NCBI GenBank assembly: GCA_964016885.1
Contig: OZ024742.1
Coordinates: forward strand, 35,898,001 to 35,962,000
Origin: Eledone cirrhosa
Lineage: Eukaryota
DNA: 64,000 bases
Direction of reading: 5' to 3'
Shown here: piece by piece, positions 1 to 15,286 of the stretch
Numbering within the stretch: position 1 is the first letter of the stretch
Layout: every line of letters begins with the position of its first letter
Notes under the pieces: model-generated
The model's database searches: none
What the model was told of the DNA's origin: nothing
Seen by the model: only the letters and a program-made list of their open reading frames with translations
Program-made: the position numbers and the translations under genes

Positions 1-413
1 CAAATGTCCTCCTCTCACTCAAGAAGTGTCTTAAAGTAATTGGAGATTGTATCAGATGGGAACCTGAAAATAAAACAAGAGGGTGTGGTTACCAGGTGGA
101 ACAGAGTTAGCAAGGCCGAGTGGGGCGGATAGTGGCTTGGTAGTTACCGGGTAGTAGCCAACTAATGGCCGGGTAGGGGTAATGTTTGACAGGACCCCGA
201 TGCGAATCTTCATCTAAATAAATATAGTTTTTAATAGCATTTCGCTCATCTGTAATGACGTGATACCCACTGTTCAACACACACGCATGCGCACAGACAT
301 ACATAGAGAGGCCCATACAAAATACAGTAAAGCACACGCAGGCATATATTTCGGGTGTATACAGGGTATATGTTTACACAAATACCCACACATGCACATA
401 GATTTCTTCATGA

Positions 414-870
<457 letters not shown>

Positions 871-873
<3 letters not shown>

Positions 874-1276
874 TGGCTGCCAACTCGTTTTCGAGTACGG
901 CCACTACTTTATATCCATGTAGGAGAACCCTTACCGATGCGCTGAACGAGTGTGACATTTTAGTCCAGCCTGCGACATGAAAACTCTGGTACAAACACTA
1001 CACTTGTGACAATTATTGACACATAGTGCTGGGCCCATGGTACCATGTGACGACAAGTGCAGAGAGATCTCCAGATATAAAGCAATGCCTGTGCAGTGAA
1101 GCTTTTATAGTGAGCAAAGGCACTGCACAAAGCCAGTCCCACTCTCTTAACCAAGATGATATTTACCAAAAAGAAGAACAAGTCAACATCATTGGATACC
1201 ATCAGGGTTGCAGGTGTTATATCAGAGTTTTCCTTCTCCTACAATTCTGCCTTGACAAAGGCTAAGGGGTCATCTC
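871..1276 (-). mobile_element. Non-autonomous retroelement (family R, RTE-like UTR), truncated copy
   Basis: ~400 bp near-identical to 1563-1965, 46623-47022 and 50876-51465. Contains CTAGGAGAAGGAAAACTCTGA-like motif (resembles RTE 5'UTRs) and a terminal stem-loop GTGGC-CGTA-CTCG-AAAA-CGAG-TTGGCA-GCCAC abutting a microsatellite. Strand is inferred. Confidence 0.75.
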
Positions 1277-1562
1277 GTACACACATATATATGAGAGTAT
1301 TGAAGTTTGCTTGAAGCATTGTGGAATAATAGGTAAATATCTTTAAGTCGTTTGGAAGCCTCGACAATGCAAATGGGTAAATCTCCGGGTAACAAGATCC
1401 GGTGGTGGAGAGAGAGAAGTAAGTGGGTGTACGTTGAGATGCGTGGTGTGTATAAGACGTGTAGAGGAATGAAGGAAAGAGTATAAAGGATAAAATAATA
1501 TATATATATATGTATATATATATATATGTATGTATATATATATATGTATAGATGACCCCTTA

Positions 1563-1962
1563 GAGATGACCCCTTAGCCTTTGTCAAGGCAGAATTCTAG
1601 GAGAAGGAAAACTCTGATATAACACCTGCAACCCTGATGGTATCCAATGATGTTGACTTGTTCTTCTTTTTGGTAAATATCATCTTGGTTAAGAGAGTGG
1701 GACTGGCTTTGTGCAGTGCCTTTGCTCACTATAAAAGCTTCACGGCACAGGCATTGCTTTCTATCTGGAGATCTCTCTGCACTTGTCATCACATGGTACC
1801 ATGGGCCCAGCACTATGTGTCAATAATTGTCACAAGTGTAGAGTTTGTACCAGAGTTTTCAAGTCGCTGGCGGAACTAAAAAGTCACACTCGTTCAGCGC
1901 ATCAGTAGGGGTTCTACATGGATATAAAGTAGTGGCCGTACTCGAAAACGAGTTGGCAGCCA

Positions 1963-1965
<3 letters not shown>
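1563..1965 (+). mobile_element. Family R copy, inverted relative to 871-1276
   Basis: Reverse complement of 871-1276 with few substitutions; followed by (TA)n. Confidence 0.8.
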
Positions 1966-2008
<43 letters not shown>

Positions 2009-2525
2009 TAAATCATGTCCTCAGAATTATTAGATAAAATATATACGATTTCCTCTCCCAATTAGCATAATTAACCATATAAAAATCAATTAGACCAAGC
2101 TATAAGAAGAAAGGCTCTTATGAAGAAATCTCCGACAAATAACCGAAAGTGGCCTCTTCGCTGTGGCCCCAATAGAGTATTTATCCAACATTTCGACAGC
2201 ATGAAACTGACTAAATATACCATCAACCATACACAATTAGGTGTGTAAACCTTTATATATATATATATATATATAATATAAGATCAAAAGATGGTTAAAG
2301 GAGTTCCATGTATTTTATTATGCGCATTTCAAAAACAAACATCATCAAGCAATAATATTTGTGTTTTCATCAGATAAAACAGGAGAACATGATATGAAGG
2401 CTAAAAAACACTTGTGGATAGTGCAGTTTTAAATCAACATATGTATACTCCAGTCCTACAAATTGTAGAGTGCTTCTTATCCGATATCTGCATTGCTTTA
2501 TTGTACTACAATAAAACTCACCTCC

Positions 2526-3798
<1,273 letters not shown>

Positions 3799-4484
3799 CA
3801 TTAATAACGAAGGATTACACACAAGTAATATGTACCCACGTATTTTTGTATTTGAGATTCTATATGCATGGGTGTGTGCATGTTTGCAGATCCGTGTTAA
3901 CAGCATTTAAGGTCCCCACGTAAAGCAATGCAGTAAATCCCCCTTACATACACGACTACAGTATACATAGATTAGCATTGGGCTCTTAGACTTTGTGGGT
4001 TCTTGAGCAAATGAACGATGTGCGAATTTCATAAGGCAGCACTGTGTCTTTGTATGTGTAAGTGGTATGTGTATATGTGTGCGCATGCGCCTGTGTGTGT
4101 GTGTACTGCTATTTATTTTGTTATTGGTTTCAGTTACTGGATTGTAACCATGCTGAAGTACCTCCTACAAGAGGTTTTAGTTGATTACATCAACTCAACT
4201 GCTAGTTTTATTGATCAATATCAACCTATAGATTTCCTACAATATATATAATAATGTGTGTGTATGTGTGTGTGTGTGTGTGTGTGTGTAAAGGGTAAAC
4301 AGAAATAACAACACAATCGGTACAGTATATGGAAGGAATATATTAGGTTAACACTTGAAATAGCAGAAATAGCAGAAACTGGATATCAACCTGGATTATA
4401 CCTGAACTTCCACCAGGAAATCTTTCGTATCACTGAAATTTTCTTTACTTCTTATATACATATATACATATATATATATATGTG

Positions 4485-4531
<47 letters not shown>

Positions 4532-4697
4532 ACGCTTTCGACTGAGTATCTTGCAATTGTGTGATCGGAATACACTTTAAATTAATATGCAAGGGCTTGA
4601 ATATTACATACACTTACTATAATTCTCAATGTGATTCATCGTGACACAGTGTGTGACAGGGCTAACTCTTTGAGTAACAGGTACGCTACATCTTGTA

Positions 4698-4883
4698 TTA
4701 GATTGGCAGTATCGGTTGAGCGTCAAACACCATGCTTTGCAGCATAGAGTTATGGCCCTTTGCGTTATGAGTTCTAATCCAGCTGATATTAACTTTGCCA
4801 TTCATCTTTACGGGGTCGATAAAATAAAGCACCAGTAATGTCCTGGGATAATGGCTGGTCTTGTACCAAAAATAGAAACAATT
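4698..4883 (+). mobile_element. tRNA-derived SINE
   Basis: A-box-like TGGCAGTATCGG, B-box-like GAGTTCTAATCC, core CTTTGCCATTCATC..GGGGTCGATAAAATAAAGCACCAG, tail AGAAACAATTAT. Confidence 0.85.
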
Positions 4884-5375
4884 ATAATATAAGTGGTTGA
4901 ATACTCCGTAGGTACGTGTACTCTTAATGTAATGCACAGTGGGATTCAGCATGACACAGTGTGGGACATGGCTGGCCCATTGAATTACAGGTACAGTCGA
5001 AACAAAGGGATTCAACACAGCAGTTTCCCTTTAGTCGATTTTACATTATTTACAACGCTCGGGTCGACTCTAAGCTATGGTGAATGATACTTGCCCGTGT
5101 TGCCACATAATAGGATCGAACCCGATAACTCATGTTTGGGAAGCTGTGTCCTTTAATGTAACACTGCCTGCAGAATGGGTGGGGCTCTGTTAAAGAAGAA
5201 GAGGAAGAAAAAAAGGAAAGAATCCATTTAGGAGGTTAAATTACTACCATTGTGGAGATGAATCATGCATATAGGGAGTAGGGGGGAGTATGAGTAGATG
5301 GGAAGGGGAAGTGGTTGAAATAAAATTAAAAGTTAAATAAAAATAAGTTTAAAAAGAAAACCAAAGTAAAAACAC

Positions 5376-5464
<89 letters not shown>

Positions 5465-7024
5465 CACAAACAAAATACTCCTCTACTATATAGAACACAA
5501 CTGATTCGAAATTCATTGAGAAATGCTTGTTGCGCTGTTGCTATCAACTTTCTTCCATGTTACCAAATCGTTCTGTTCTTTTCTTTTTTTTTAGTTTTTG
5601 TTTTTATTCTTTAGATAGGAAGGGAAGGGAAATACCTATGACGCTTTTAAGGGCATCGAAGATTTGTAGGAAGGTATACTCAAACCGGAGACCTCGGCCG
5701 AATACTTGTAACAGAGTGTACACTGCTCATCACACCCAATAGCCAGGTCGTGGAGTTAAGCGCGGTAACGAATTATGTCTACCACTCAACTAGATCACAG
5801 CGAGATTTGAACTCAGAATGAGCTGAAACAAATACCGCAAGGCATCCCACCTCCTCAGAGACTGGTTGTTTATTTATCAACCTTGAAATGGTTGATAAAT
5901 AAATAACTAGGGACGCAGGGGGCCGGAACAAATACCCAAACATTTCCTGTGATTCTCCAACGACTCTGCCAATTCATCGGAGTGAATTGTTTCTTATTTC
6001 ATGTTAATATTGTTTATCTTCTTTAGGACCAGATCAGCTATGGTCAAGTAGACCTAAGCTCTGAGATTTTGTCATGCCTTAAATTTTGTTTTTGTGGTTT
6101 CTTTTTACTGTATAGAGTTTAAGTTAATGTGAATTATCAGAGCCACTAATGGCTGATGTCATGCACTAGTTATTGAAACTCATTACAATCTGTCATAAGC
6201 TCGATGGCTCTCCCCAAACCTTTGTATTGATTGATTGCTTCCATTAACACACAGACGGACATTTTTAATAGATTATTTGTCGATTTAACGTTTTTGAAAT
6301 GAAACCACCTAAATCTGCTCCTGCTTCTATGATACAAAATTGCTTTCCTTAAAATGTTTATATTTGAATAAATATCTTGACTTTATGTAAGAAAGTTTAA
6401 GTTATGTTCTAAATATCATCTTAATAACCATTTAAAGGTTGATAAACATTGTAATTAATTAGAAACAACAACGAAAGGGTAAAGATAACCGCAGCATGTT
6501 ACAGGTGCTAACTTTATCGATCCTCAGATATGTGGAAAGCAAAGCTGTCTTTACACGCAGAGGAATGAAGTTAAATACGCATTTCCTTTTTGATTAGATG
6601 CGATTAATTACTCATAGATTTAAGGATGGGTAAATTATGGTTTCTATGCATTTCTAAACAATACTTAAAATTAAGTAAAGACAAACGGATTTGAACCCAA
6701 AACCACGTGGCTATGAAGTGAACTTTCTAACCACCAAGCCATGCCCGAAACCATTAACTTCGTATATATAATCACTGACGAGCCAAGGGAAAAGCAGAAA
6801 CGCAGCGGTAACTGGGATGTAAAAATGTCAAATTTTAATGGAGTGAAAATAAATCCATGAGTGGAGGCCATATTTATAAATAGAATTTACTCGGCTCCAC
6901 CCTTGTCAAATTTTGCGTCAGTTTTTGCCCAAGATTTAGTGAAATTCTAGCAACATGTTAAGAATTTTGAAGATTCTTTCTCAATTACAGAAACCTGGGA
7001 AGTTGTTACATTGCTTCCATAAAC

Positions 7025-7700
7025 CTTGTTGCTGTTGTTGCTTTTGATATTGTTGTATATGTTTTACTGTTGTTGTTGTATATGCTGTTGTTATTGTACA
7101 TGCTGCTGCAGTTGCTGTTATTGTTGCTGTTACTGTTGCTGTTGTTGTTATTATTATTGTTGTTATATGCTGATAGTCTTGCTGTTATTGTTTTTGCTGT
7201 TGTTGTAGTTGTTTCTGTCGTTGTTGTAATTGTTGTTGTTGTTGTTGTTGCTGACGTATATGTTGCTGTTTTTATTGTTGTTGCCATTGTTGATGTGGTT
7301 GTTGACGTTATTGTTGTATATGTTGTTGATATTGTTGTACATTCTGTTGTTGTTTTGTTGTACGTGCTGCTGATCAAGTTTCTTTTTCTTCTTCCTTTTC
7401 TTCTTCTTCATCTTCTTCTTCCTTTTCTTCTTCCCTTTCTTCTTCTTCTTCTTCTTCTTCTTCTTCTTCTTCTTCTTCTTCTTCTTCTTCTTCTTCTTCT
7501 TCCCTTTCTTCTTCTTCATCTTCTTCTTCCTTTTCTTCTTCATTTTCTTCTTCCCTTTCTTTTTTCTTTTTCTTTTTCTTTTTCTTTTTCTTTTTCTTTT
7601 TCTTTTTCTTTTTTCTTCTCTCTTCATCTCCTCCTCCTCCTCCTCCTCCTCCTCCTCATCATCATCATCATCATCACCACCACCACCATCATCATCACCA
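7025..7700. repeat. Compound trinucleotide repeats (GTT/GCT, CTT, CTC, ATC)
   Basis: Directly visible low-complexity run. Confidence 0.95.
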
Positions 7701-8046
7701 TCATTATTACTATTATTCCTCTTCCTTTCCCTCTTCAGTTGTTGCTATATTTATAACAATCTTTAACAGCTCTCTGTCACTGTAACATATCGTCCAGTCT
7801 TTCGTTTCATCATTTCTTTATTTCTTTTCTTTCTTTGCTTTCATTTTTTATTTATTTTGTAGTAGTAGTAGTGATGATGAGGCGGTGGCGACGGTGGCGG
7901 TGGTGGAGGGGAGTAATTTATTGATGTTGTTGTTATTGTTGTTACTGCGCAGTTTCATATGTCATTTGAATTAGTGACACCATAAGAGAGAAGGTTTCCT
8001 TAAAAACATTACCCGCCCCACAGAACAAATATATAAATAAAATTAA

Positions 8047-8121
<75 letters not shown>

Positions 8122-8123
<2 letters not shown>

Positions 8124-10343
8124 TTTCTTTATTGGCCACAAGGGCTGACATCAAGAAAAACATTACAGACGGTACAGGGCAGTACGATGTGGGTTTTGTG
8201 CGTGTAAATATGTTTATTATTTATATAAGAAAAGAAAAAAAGGACACAGAAATATATATATATATATAAACAATAAAAATGAAAATTGAAACAATGAAAA
8301 ATTCCCCAATAGGGGGGAAACCTCCGAGGGTTACTCGTGGCGAAAACCACACAAAAGACCACGGCCACCCTGACCACAAGGGCAAGCGCCCTCTCTCAAT
8401 GTTTCCATTTCTCAAACTACAGACGTATATTCAGAGCGCTCCCGGTCACTCGGACCATTCTCGCTACATTCACCCACATTTCAACAAACTTTCTTGAAGG
8501 CAGCACTTGCCTCTCCACCCTGATTTTCCTCTTCAAGTGAAACTTGAAAAAGTTAATCAGGGATTCGCCGAAGAGGAAAGTGTCTGTCTTTAACCCTTTC
8601 AACCTTGTCCACCACACAATCTCTTTCGCCATGGCCACCAGGCAGATGAAAACCCCCTGCCCTTCCTCCTCGAAGGAAGACGGCGAGACCATCTGCACAA
8701 TGGACTCAGTCGATAACCGGATCAGTCCTACACGCGACAGCAACTGTTCGACATAGCTCCACAAGTCAGCAATGCTCAGGCACTGAACGAGTGCGTGCAC
8801 GGCGGTTTCGTCGCTCTGCGCGCATCTCGGACAGGCTCGGCTGACGGCACTTCCGTGCCTGTAGAGCTTATCTCGAACCAGCAGCGCTCCCCGGTAGCAC
8901 TGCCAGGCCAGGGATTTTTGGAAGTTATCCATAGGGCTGAAAGTTCTGCGGAAGAGAGCAAACAGCTGATCTTCTTCGACGCCCAGGATCTCTCCGAGAA
9001 CGTCGTTGCTCTTCCCCTCCACTAGTCCTCTATAGAACACTGAGGTGGATGTTCCACCGATACTGGTGCCCAGCTGGCAGAGGGAGGTGAGCGCCTGGAG
9101 ACATTCCAGTTTCCAAGCACTATCCCTCGATCTTTTCCTGACCCAAGACTGCAGCTCCGTCAAGGAGACAAGCTGTGGGAAAACGTGCCTGGCGAACGGC
9201 GACCACACCTGTTCACCGTCAAGGAAGCACCAGGGATGTCGCAGCCTCAGCGCATGTTTGCGCATCATCAGCCATGGCATGCCCAGTCATCCACGCAGCG
9301 GGTGTTGACAGCAGATGGATCGTGACCATGGGAGCGCGTCCGTTCCACAAACAGCGGAAGAGGAGGCGCTCCATTTTGGTGAGAGTTGGGCCGGGACAAG
9401 GCGCGACGGTGAGGCGGTAGCAGATGACGGATGCGATGTACGTATTCGCTATCTCCGCTCGGCCTTTCAGGGACAGCTTTCTCTCGGCCCATTTCTGGGT
9501 GAGGGAGGCCAACCTGCTCGTCACCTCGCTCCAGATTTTCTCCATCTGGAGGTCCGGTCCGAACCAGACCCCGAGCAATTTAACCGGTCCGTCCGTCCAA
9601 CGCCCCACGACGCTGTCGGACGGCATGGACTTACCTCTCCAGGTGCCGAGCTGCAAGCCCACCGACTTTTTCTGGTTTATCTTTGCTCCTGTCACCGCTT
9701 CGTATTCCTTGAGAGCGGTGCCGAGAGTCTGGACGTCTCTGATGCTCGCCACCACATAGGTGACGTCGTCGGCGTAAGCCGACTCATATTTCCCGCATCT
9801 TAGTTCGCGTGGGACGCCCCTCATCGCCCCCAGTTTGTGCAGTAACGGCTCGAGAAGCAATACGTACAAGAGAGACGAGAGGGGACAACCCTGGCGGACC
9901 GAGCGCATGATGCTGAACGGCTGCGACAGGTGACCGTTCACCCTCACAACTGAGCAGATGTCGCTGTACATCGCAGCGATCCAAGCCCTGAAAACGGGCC
10001 CGAAACCGGCTGCCGCGAAGACCGCCGCCAGGTACCGATGGGCGACCCTATAGAATGCGTTGGATTGAACCAAGTTGATCAGGGCCCAACCCGTTCCAGG
10101 TTCCTTAAATACCCTCTCTACGATGTATCGCATGAGGTGGAGGTTGTCGTGTATGGATCTGTCCGGAATGGCGTATGTCTGCGCCTTGAACTCTGCGTTT
10201 AGCAGGGTTATGGGCCTGAAGTTATCAATAACATCCCCCTTGTTCGGGTCTTTTCTCAGCAGCGCCACCGCTCCCCAGCTCGCAATACTGAGAATGCTTC
10301 CGTTCTGTTGCCAGTTGCAGTAGACGTCTGCCAAGAGGTCACC

Positions 10344-10344
<1 letters not shown>
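8122..10344 (-). mobile_element. 5'-truncated Tx1/L1-clade LINE (ORF2 RT plus C-terminal Zn finger), frameshifted
   Basis: ORF 9219..10604 has FRPITLLN, SVRQGCPLS, AYADD and KLLGVWFG. ORF 8417..9280 has CPRC..ET..H...C. Frameshift near 9290. The 3'UTR ends AATAAAGAAATCA followed by (TTA)n. Confidence 0.9.
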
Positions 10345-10408
<64 letters not shown>

Positions 10409-10409
<1 letters not shown>

Positions 10410-12878
10410 CGCATGTTCGACAACAACCAGAAGATGCTGTTTGGACAGCTTGAAGGGAAAGAAAGAGGCAACGACTTGATCCCTGAGGCGGAACAAACTA
10501 AAACATTCTGGAGAGGAATATGGCAGCAGGATGTTAAACATAATGACCAGGCAGTGTGGATTGAGACAGTACAGAAGGAGATCAGTGAACAGGCACACCA
10601 ACAAACTGATTTGAGTATCACAGTTGAAACTCTTAAGGGGCAGGCCAAAAAACTAACCAACTGGAAATCACCAGGCCCAGATGGTGTGCAGGGGTATTGG
10701 ATTAAAAACATAACATCCCTCCACCCGAAACTGACAACCATGTTCAATGACTGCTTGATGTCAGGTGAGGTACCAGAGTGGTTGACAAAAGGTACCACAG
10801 TTCTGATAATAAAAGACCGAATCAAGGGTAATGATGTTACCAACTATAGACCTATCACATGCCTGTCCGTAATGTGGAAACTGTTGACAAGCATTATGTC
10901 TGAGGAAATCTGCCATCACCTCCACACAAACAACTTGTTACCGGACGAACAGAAAGGATGCCGAAAGAAGTCACGTGGTACAAAGGACCAGTTACTTATT
11001 GATAAGATGGTAAGGAGGAATTTCAAGAGGAGACACACTGGTCTTGCCATGGGATGGATAGACTACAAACAGGCATTTGACATGTTGCCTCATTCTTGGA
11101 TCACCAAAAGCCTGGAGATCTTCAAGGTGGCAGATAACATCAGACAGTTGTTGGGCAAAAGTATGAAGTCCTGGGAAACAGAGTTAACATCAACTGGAGA
11201 ATCCTTGGGAAGCGTGAAGATAAAGAGAGGTATCTTCCAGGGAGATAGTCTGTCCCCTCTGTTGTTTGTCCTTGCCCTGATGCCCCTGACCAGTGTACTG
11301 CGAGAAGTGAGAGCAGGATACAGGTTGGGAAAGGGAGGGCTTACCATCAATCACCTCCTCTTCATGGACGATCTTAAGCTCTTCGGGAAAAGTGAGAGGG
11401 AGTTGGATGTGCTTGTTGACACTGTCCGTATTTTCAGCAATGATATATGTATGCAATTTGGTATTAGTAAGTGTGGAGTCATTGTGATGAGGAGGGGTAA
11501 GTTGAGCAGAAGTAACGGAATCCAGATACCAACAGGTGAGATGATAAAGGAAATTGACTCTGAGGAAGGATACAAGTATTTGGGCATTCTGGAGGCTGAT
11601 GACATCAAGAACAAAAAAATGAAGGAATTGATAGGAACTGAATACCTTCGGAGAGTAAGGAGCGTATTAAAGTCACATCTGAACAGTAGGAATGCCATAA
11701 GTGCAGTAAATTCCCGAGCTGTGTCTATTATTAGGTACAGTGCGGGAATTCTGAGATGGAATGTTGCTGAACAAAAAGAAATGGATAGGAAGACTAGGAA
11801 GCTATTGACTATCTACAATATGTTCCACAAGAGGAGTGATGTCGATAGACTCTACTTAAGGAGATCTGAAGGTGGAAGAGGTCTTATCAGCATAGAGGAC
11901 TGTGTTCAGATGGAGAAAAACAACCTACACAAATACGTGACTGATAGTAAGGAGCCAATGCTCAGAACTGTACTGAAGGAGGGGACAATAGGCCAGGGGA
12001 TGTCCAAGGAGGAAATAACATCAAGGAGAAAGAGCAGCCTTCAGCAAAAATCCCTTCATAGTACCTTCTTTGAGAAAACTGAACTTAGAGATCCACAGAC
12101 ATGGAACTGGTTGAAAAGAGGAGACCTTAAAAAGGCTACAGAAGGAATGTTAATGGCTGCGCAGGAGCAGGCCCTCAAAACGAAGTGGTTGAAACACCAC
12201 AGTTACAAGGAGGAGGCTAGCCCACTGTGCAGGATCTGTGGAGAGAGAGAGAGGAGACTGTGGCTCACATTGTATCCGAGTGTAAACACCTAGCCCAGAC
12301 TCACTATAAGGGCTGGAGACATGATGTGATGGGCAGGGTAATCCACTGGCACCTATGCAAAGTAAACAATTTACCACATTCTGAGAAGTGGTATGAGCAT
12401 AAGCCAGAGACGGTGATAGAAAACGATCAGGTGAAGGTGCTGTGGGATTTTAGGATACAGACGGACAAGAAACTGGAACACAATAGACCTGACTTGGTGG
12501 TTTTGGACAAAGAAAAAAGATCGTGCCTGATTGTGGATGTGGCCTGCCCATTCGACACGAGAGTGCAAGAGAAGGAGAGGGAGAAAATTAACCGATACCA
12601 GGATTAAAGTGGGAGGTAAAAAGGATTTGGAACTGCCATGAAGTCAAAGTGATCCCGATTGTCATAGGCGCACTAGGGACTATCTCAAAAAGTTTCCAGG
12701 GATGGTTAAAGAAAATTGGCTCCTTCACGCTTTTTGGAACGCTTCAAAAGGCATGCTTGCTGGGAACAGCAAGAACCCTCCGATACGTCCTGAATATCTG
12801 AGGCTGCAGGTAGTGGCTTGATATTCATCTCAACAAACTTTCCAGTTAACTAACATCAATGACTGAGACTCAAAGAGT
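10409..12878 (+). mobile_element. 5'-truncated R4/Dong-like RLE-type LINE
   Basis: ORF 10413..12293 has NYRPITCL, GIFQGDSLSP and NHLLFMDDLKL, then CRIC..ET..HI...C, RHD and RPD..DVACP (restriction-like endonuclease). Frameshifts near 12245 and 12604. Flanked by (TAA)n on both sides, the known Dong-type target. Confidence 0.9.
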
Positions 12879-12904
12879 AATAACAATAATAATAATAATA
12901 ATAA

Positions 12905-13095
12905 TAATTGTTTCTACTTTTGGCACAAGGCCAGCAATTACCCAGTGTATTACTGGTACTTTATTTTATCGACCTCGTAAGGATGAAAGGCAAAGTTAAC
13001 CTCGGCGGGATTTGAACTCAGAATGGCAAGGGCCGTAACTCTACGCGTCAAAGCATGGCGTCCGACCCTCTACCGATACTGCCAATCCATCGCCC
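12905..13095 (-). mobile_element. tRNA-derived SINE
   Basis: Reverse complement of the SINE consensus, including GAGTTCAAATCC. Confidence 0.9.
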
Positions 13096-13097
<2 letters not shown>

Positions 13098-13126
<29 letters not shown>

Positions 13127-13150
13127 AAGAAGAAGAAGAAGAAGAAGAAG

Positions 13151-13182
<32 letters not shown>

Positions 13183-13263
13183 GAAGAAGAAGAAGAAGAA
13201 GAAGAAGAAGAAGAAGAAGAAGAAGAAGAAGAAGAAGAAGAAGAAGAAGAAGAAGAAGAAGAA
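13098..13263. repeat. (GAA)n microsatellite
   Basis: Direct. Confidence 0.98.
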
Positions 13264-13818
13264 GGAAATAAATAAATGAATATACAAAGTAATAAATGAA
13301 TGAAAGACCAAATAAATAAAAGTATAATATATGAAAAATGAAAAATAACATAAAAATAAAATGAAGGAATAAAATAAAAATGAAAATTTAAAGACAAAAT
13401 AAATCATTGAAAAATAAAAATATAAAAAAGATTTAAAGGAAAAATATATAAAAAAAATAGGAGAAATAAAATTTAAAAAAAATGAAAATGTAGCAAAATA
13501 AAAAATATACGAATGAATAAGTGAAAATAGAAAAAATATCAAATAAAAAGTAAATATAAAAATAAATAAATAAATAAAAATCAAAATATAAAACTAAAGT
13601 AAAAAGTTGATGGGTGTGTGGTAAAGGACTTCTCTTTCCAACTACATGAAACTGGCTTCAGCCCCACAACGTGGCCTCTTGGGCATGGATCTGGCTTACA
13701 ACCTCGGGTTGACCAATGCTCTGTGAGTGGAATTTGATAGAGACAAGAATAAATAAATGAATAAATAAAATAAAAATGGCGTAGACATTACAATACAACG
13801 GGAGGAAACATAATAGTA

Positions 13819-13858
13819 ACACTGATGATGTCACAGATGTGTGACGAAAGAACTTTGA
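13819..13858 (+). ncRNA. Hammerhead-like motif, degenerate stem I
   Basis: CTGATGA-T-GTCACA-gatg-TGTGAC-GAAA-GAAC-TT; stem I only partly paired. Confidence 0.45.
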
Positions 13859-14589
13859 TAGACTATATATATATATATATCCAATACATTAACAGAGAAA
13901 GCTTTAAGCTATACTCTGACTGGCTTCCATCTCACTCAACAAACATTAGGATATACCTTAGTATAATCCCAATTTTACGTTTGGGGTGCTAACTATATGT
14001 ATTTTGCGGAAGGCCAGTTGTATTATTTTATATGAGACATAATAAAATATATCTCCCTTTCCAAACAATTGTTTCATTATAAGTTTTCTACAAGTTGGGA
14101 GAATGTGTCCGGGTTATGTAAAAGCCTTCACATATTCCGTAGGAATATATGCAGGTGGGCACTTATAAATCATCAGTGGATGCCCGTCAAACATCGATAT
14201 AAAAAAAACTCTCTTACCGATGTCTAATCCCATGTCAGCGATGGTCTCTCTCCGTATCAGAATGACCGCCAGATTTGAAATTCAAGCAGTCTCAGTATGA
14301 GAAATCTCACACTGTCATCAAGCAGAAAGGGGAGGTCATCGCAAAACACAAGGAAGTCAAATAATATACACGTAGGTCAATTAATTTTTTTCAACAATTT
14401 TAACCTTGCGTGTGAAGAACTCAATTAGATTTTTAAAAAAAATAAATATATATATATAACTGTATTTTTAACCGTTGGTCAATCAATGATAAACGTTGAT
14501 TGCCAAATAAATTAACTATGGAGATATAAAAGATACAGAAGCGAAAACCAATCCAAACGAAACTGTGAGTGTGTTTTATTATTATTTCT

Positions 14590-14781
14590 GGCAATGGGTT
14601 GGCAGTATCAGTAGAGGGTCGGACACCATGCTTTGACGCATAGAGTCACGCCCCTTTCCATTCTGATTTCAAATCCCGCCAAGGTTAACTTTGCCTTTCA
14701 TCTTTACGGGGTCGATAAATTAAAGTACCAGTAATGCACTGGATAATTGTTGGCTTTGTGCCAAAAGTAGAAACAATTATT
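14590..14781 (+). mobile_element. tRNA-derived SINE
   Basis: Matches the window SINE consensus. Confidence 0.88.
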
Positions 14782-14924
14782 ATTTCTGGCAATATTATAA
14801 CAATATGACCCTCCCCAAATATAACAATATATATATATATTTAATATTCTACAATATATATATATATATATATTTAATATTCTACAATATTTGTCCCAAT
14901 AGCTTATTTTAGTTATTGCTCGCA

Positions 14925-14990
14925 CCAACCTGAGGTATCTGATTTTTAATGCGATGAAATACCAATGATGGTTGGCAAATCACTGATGAG
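14925..14990 (+). ncRNA. Candidate rearranged (non-circularly permuted) hammerhead with K-turn, family B
   Basis: CCAACC-TGA-GGTAT-C-TGATTT-TTAATGCGAT-GAA-ATACC-AAT-GAT-GGTTGG-C-AAATCA-CTGATGA-G; three helices, two covarying with 59797-59862. Confidence 0.65.
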
Positions 14991-15053
14991 GGACTAATTT
15001 TATAATATGTAACCCATGTGCAACCACGCAGTATTCCCCTTTCTTCCCATGTT

Positions 15054-15100
<47 letters not shown>

Positions 15101-15135
15101 ATATTCTACATATATATATATATATTTAATATTCT

Positions 15136-15210
<75 letters not shown>

Positions 15211-15286
15211 CGAGGGAAAAGTGGTAAGGAACCAGGTGGACCATAACGCACCAAAGTACTCAATACTTAGGGTAGTAGAGTGGGTA

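Noticed and set aside
960-1879. Recurrent 79-80 aa ORFs (MVSNDVDL..., MLGPWYHV...)
   Set aside because: They recur only because family R is repeated. They are open on both strands, disrupted by indels in other copies, and show no domain.
4698-4790. tRNA-like A/B boxes
   Set aside because: These are SINE heads, with no cloverleaf or intact tRNA gene.
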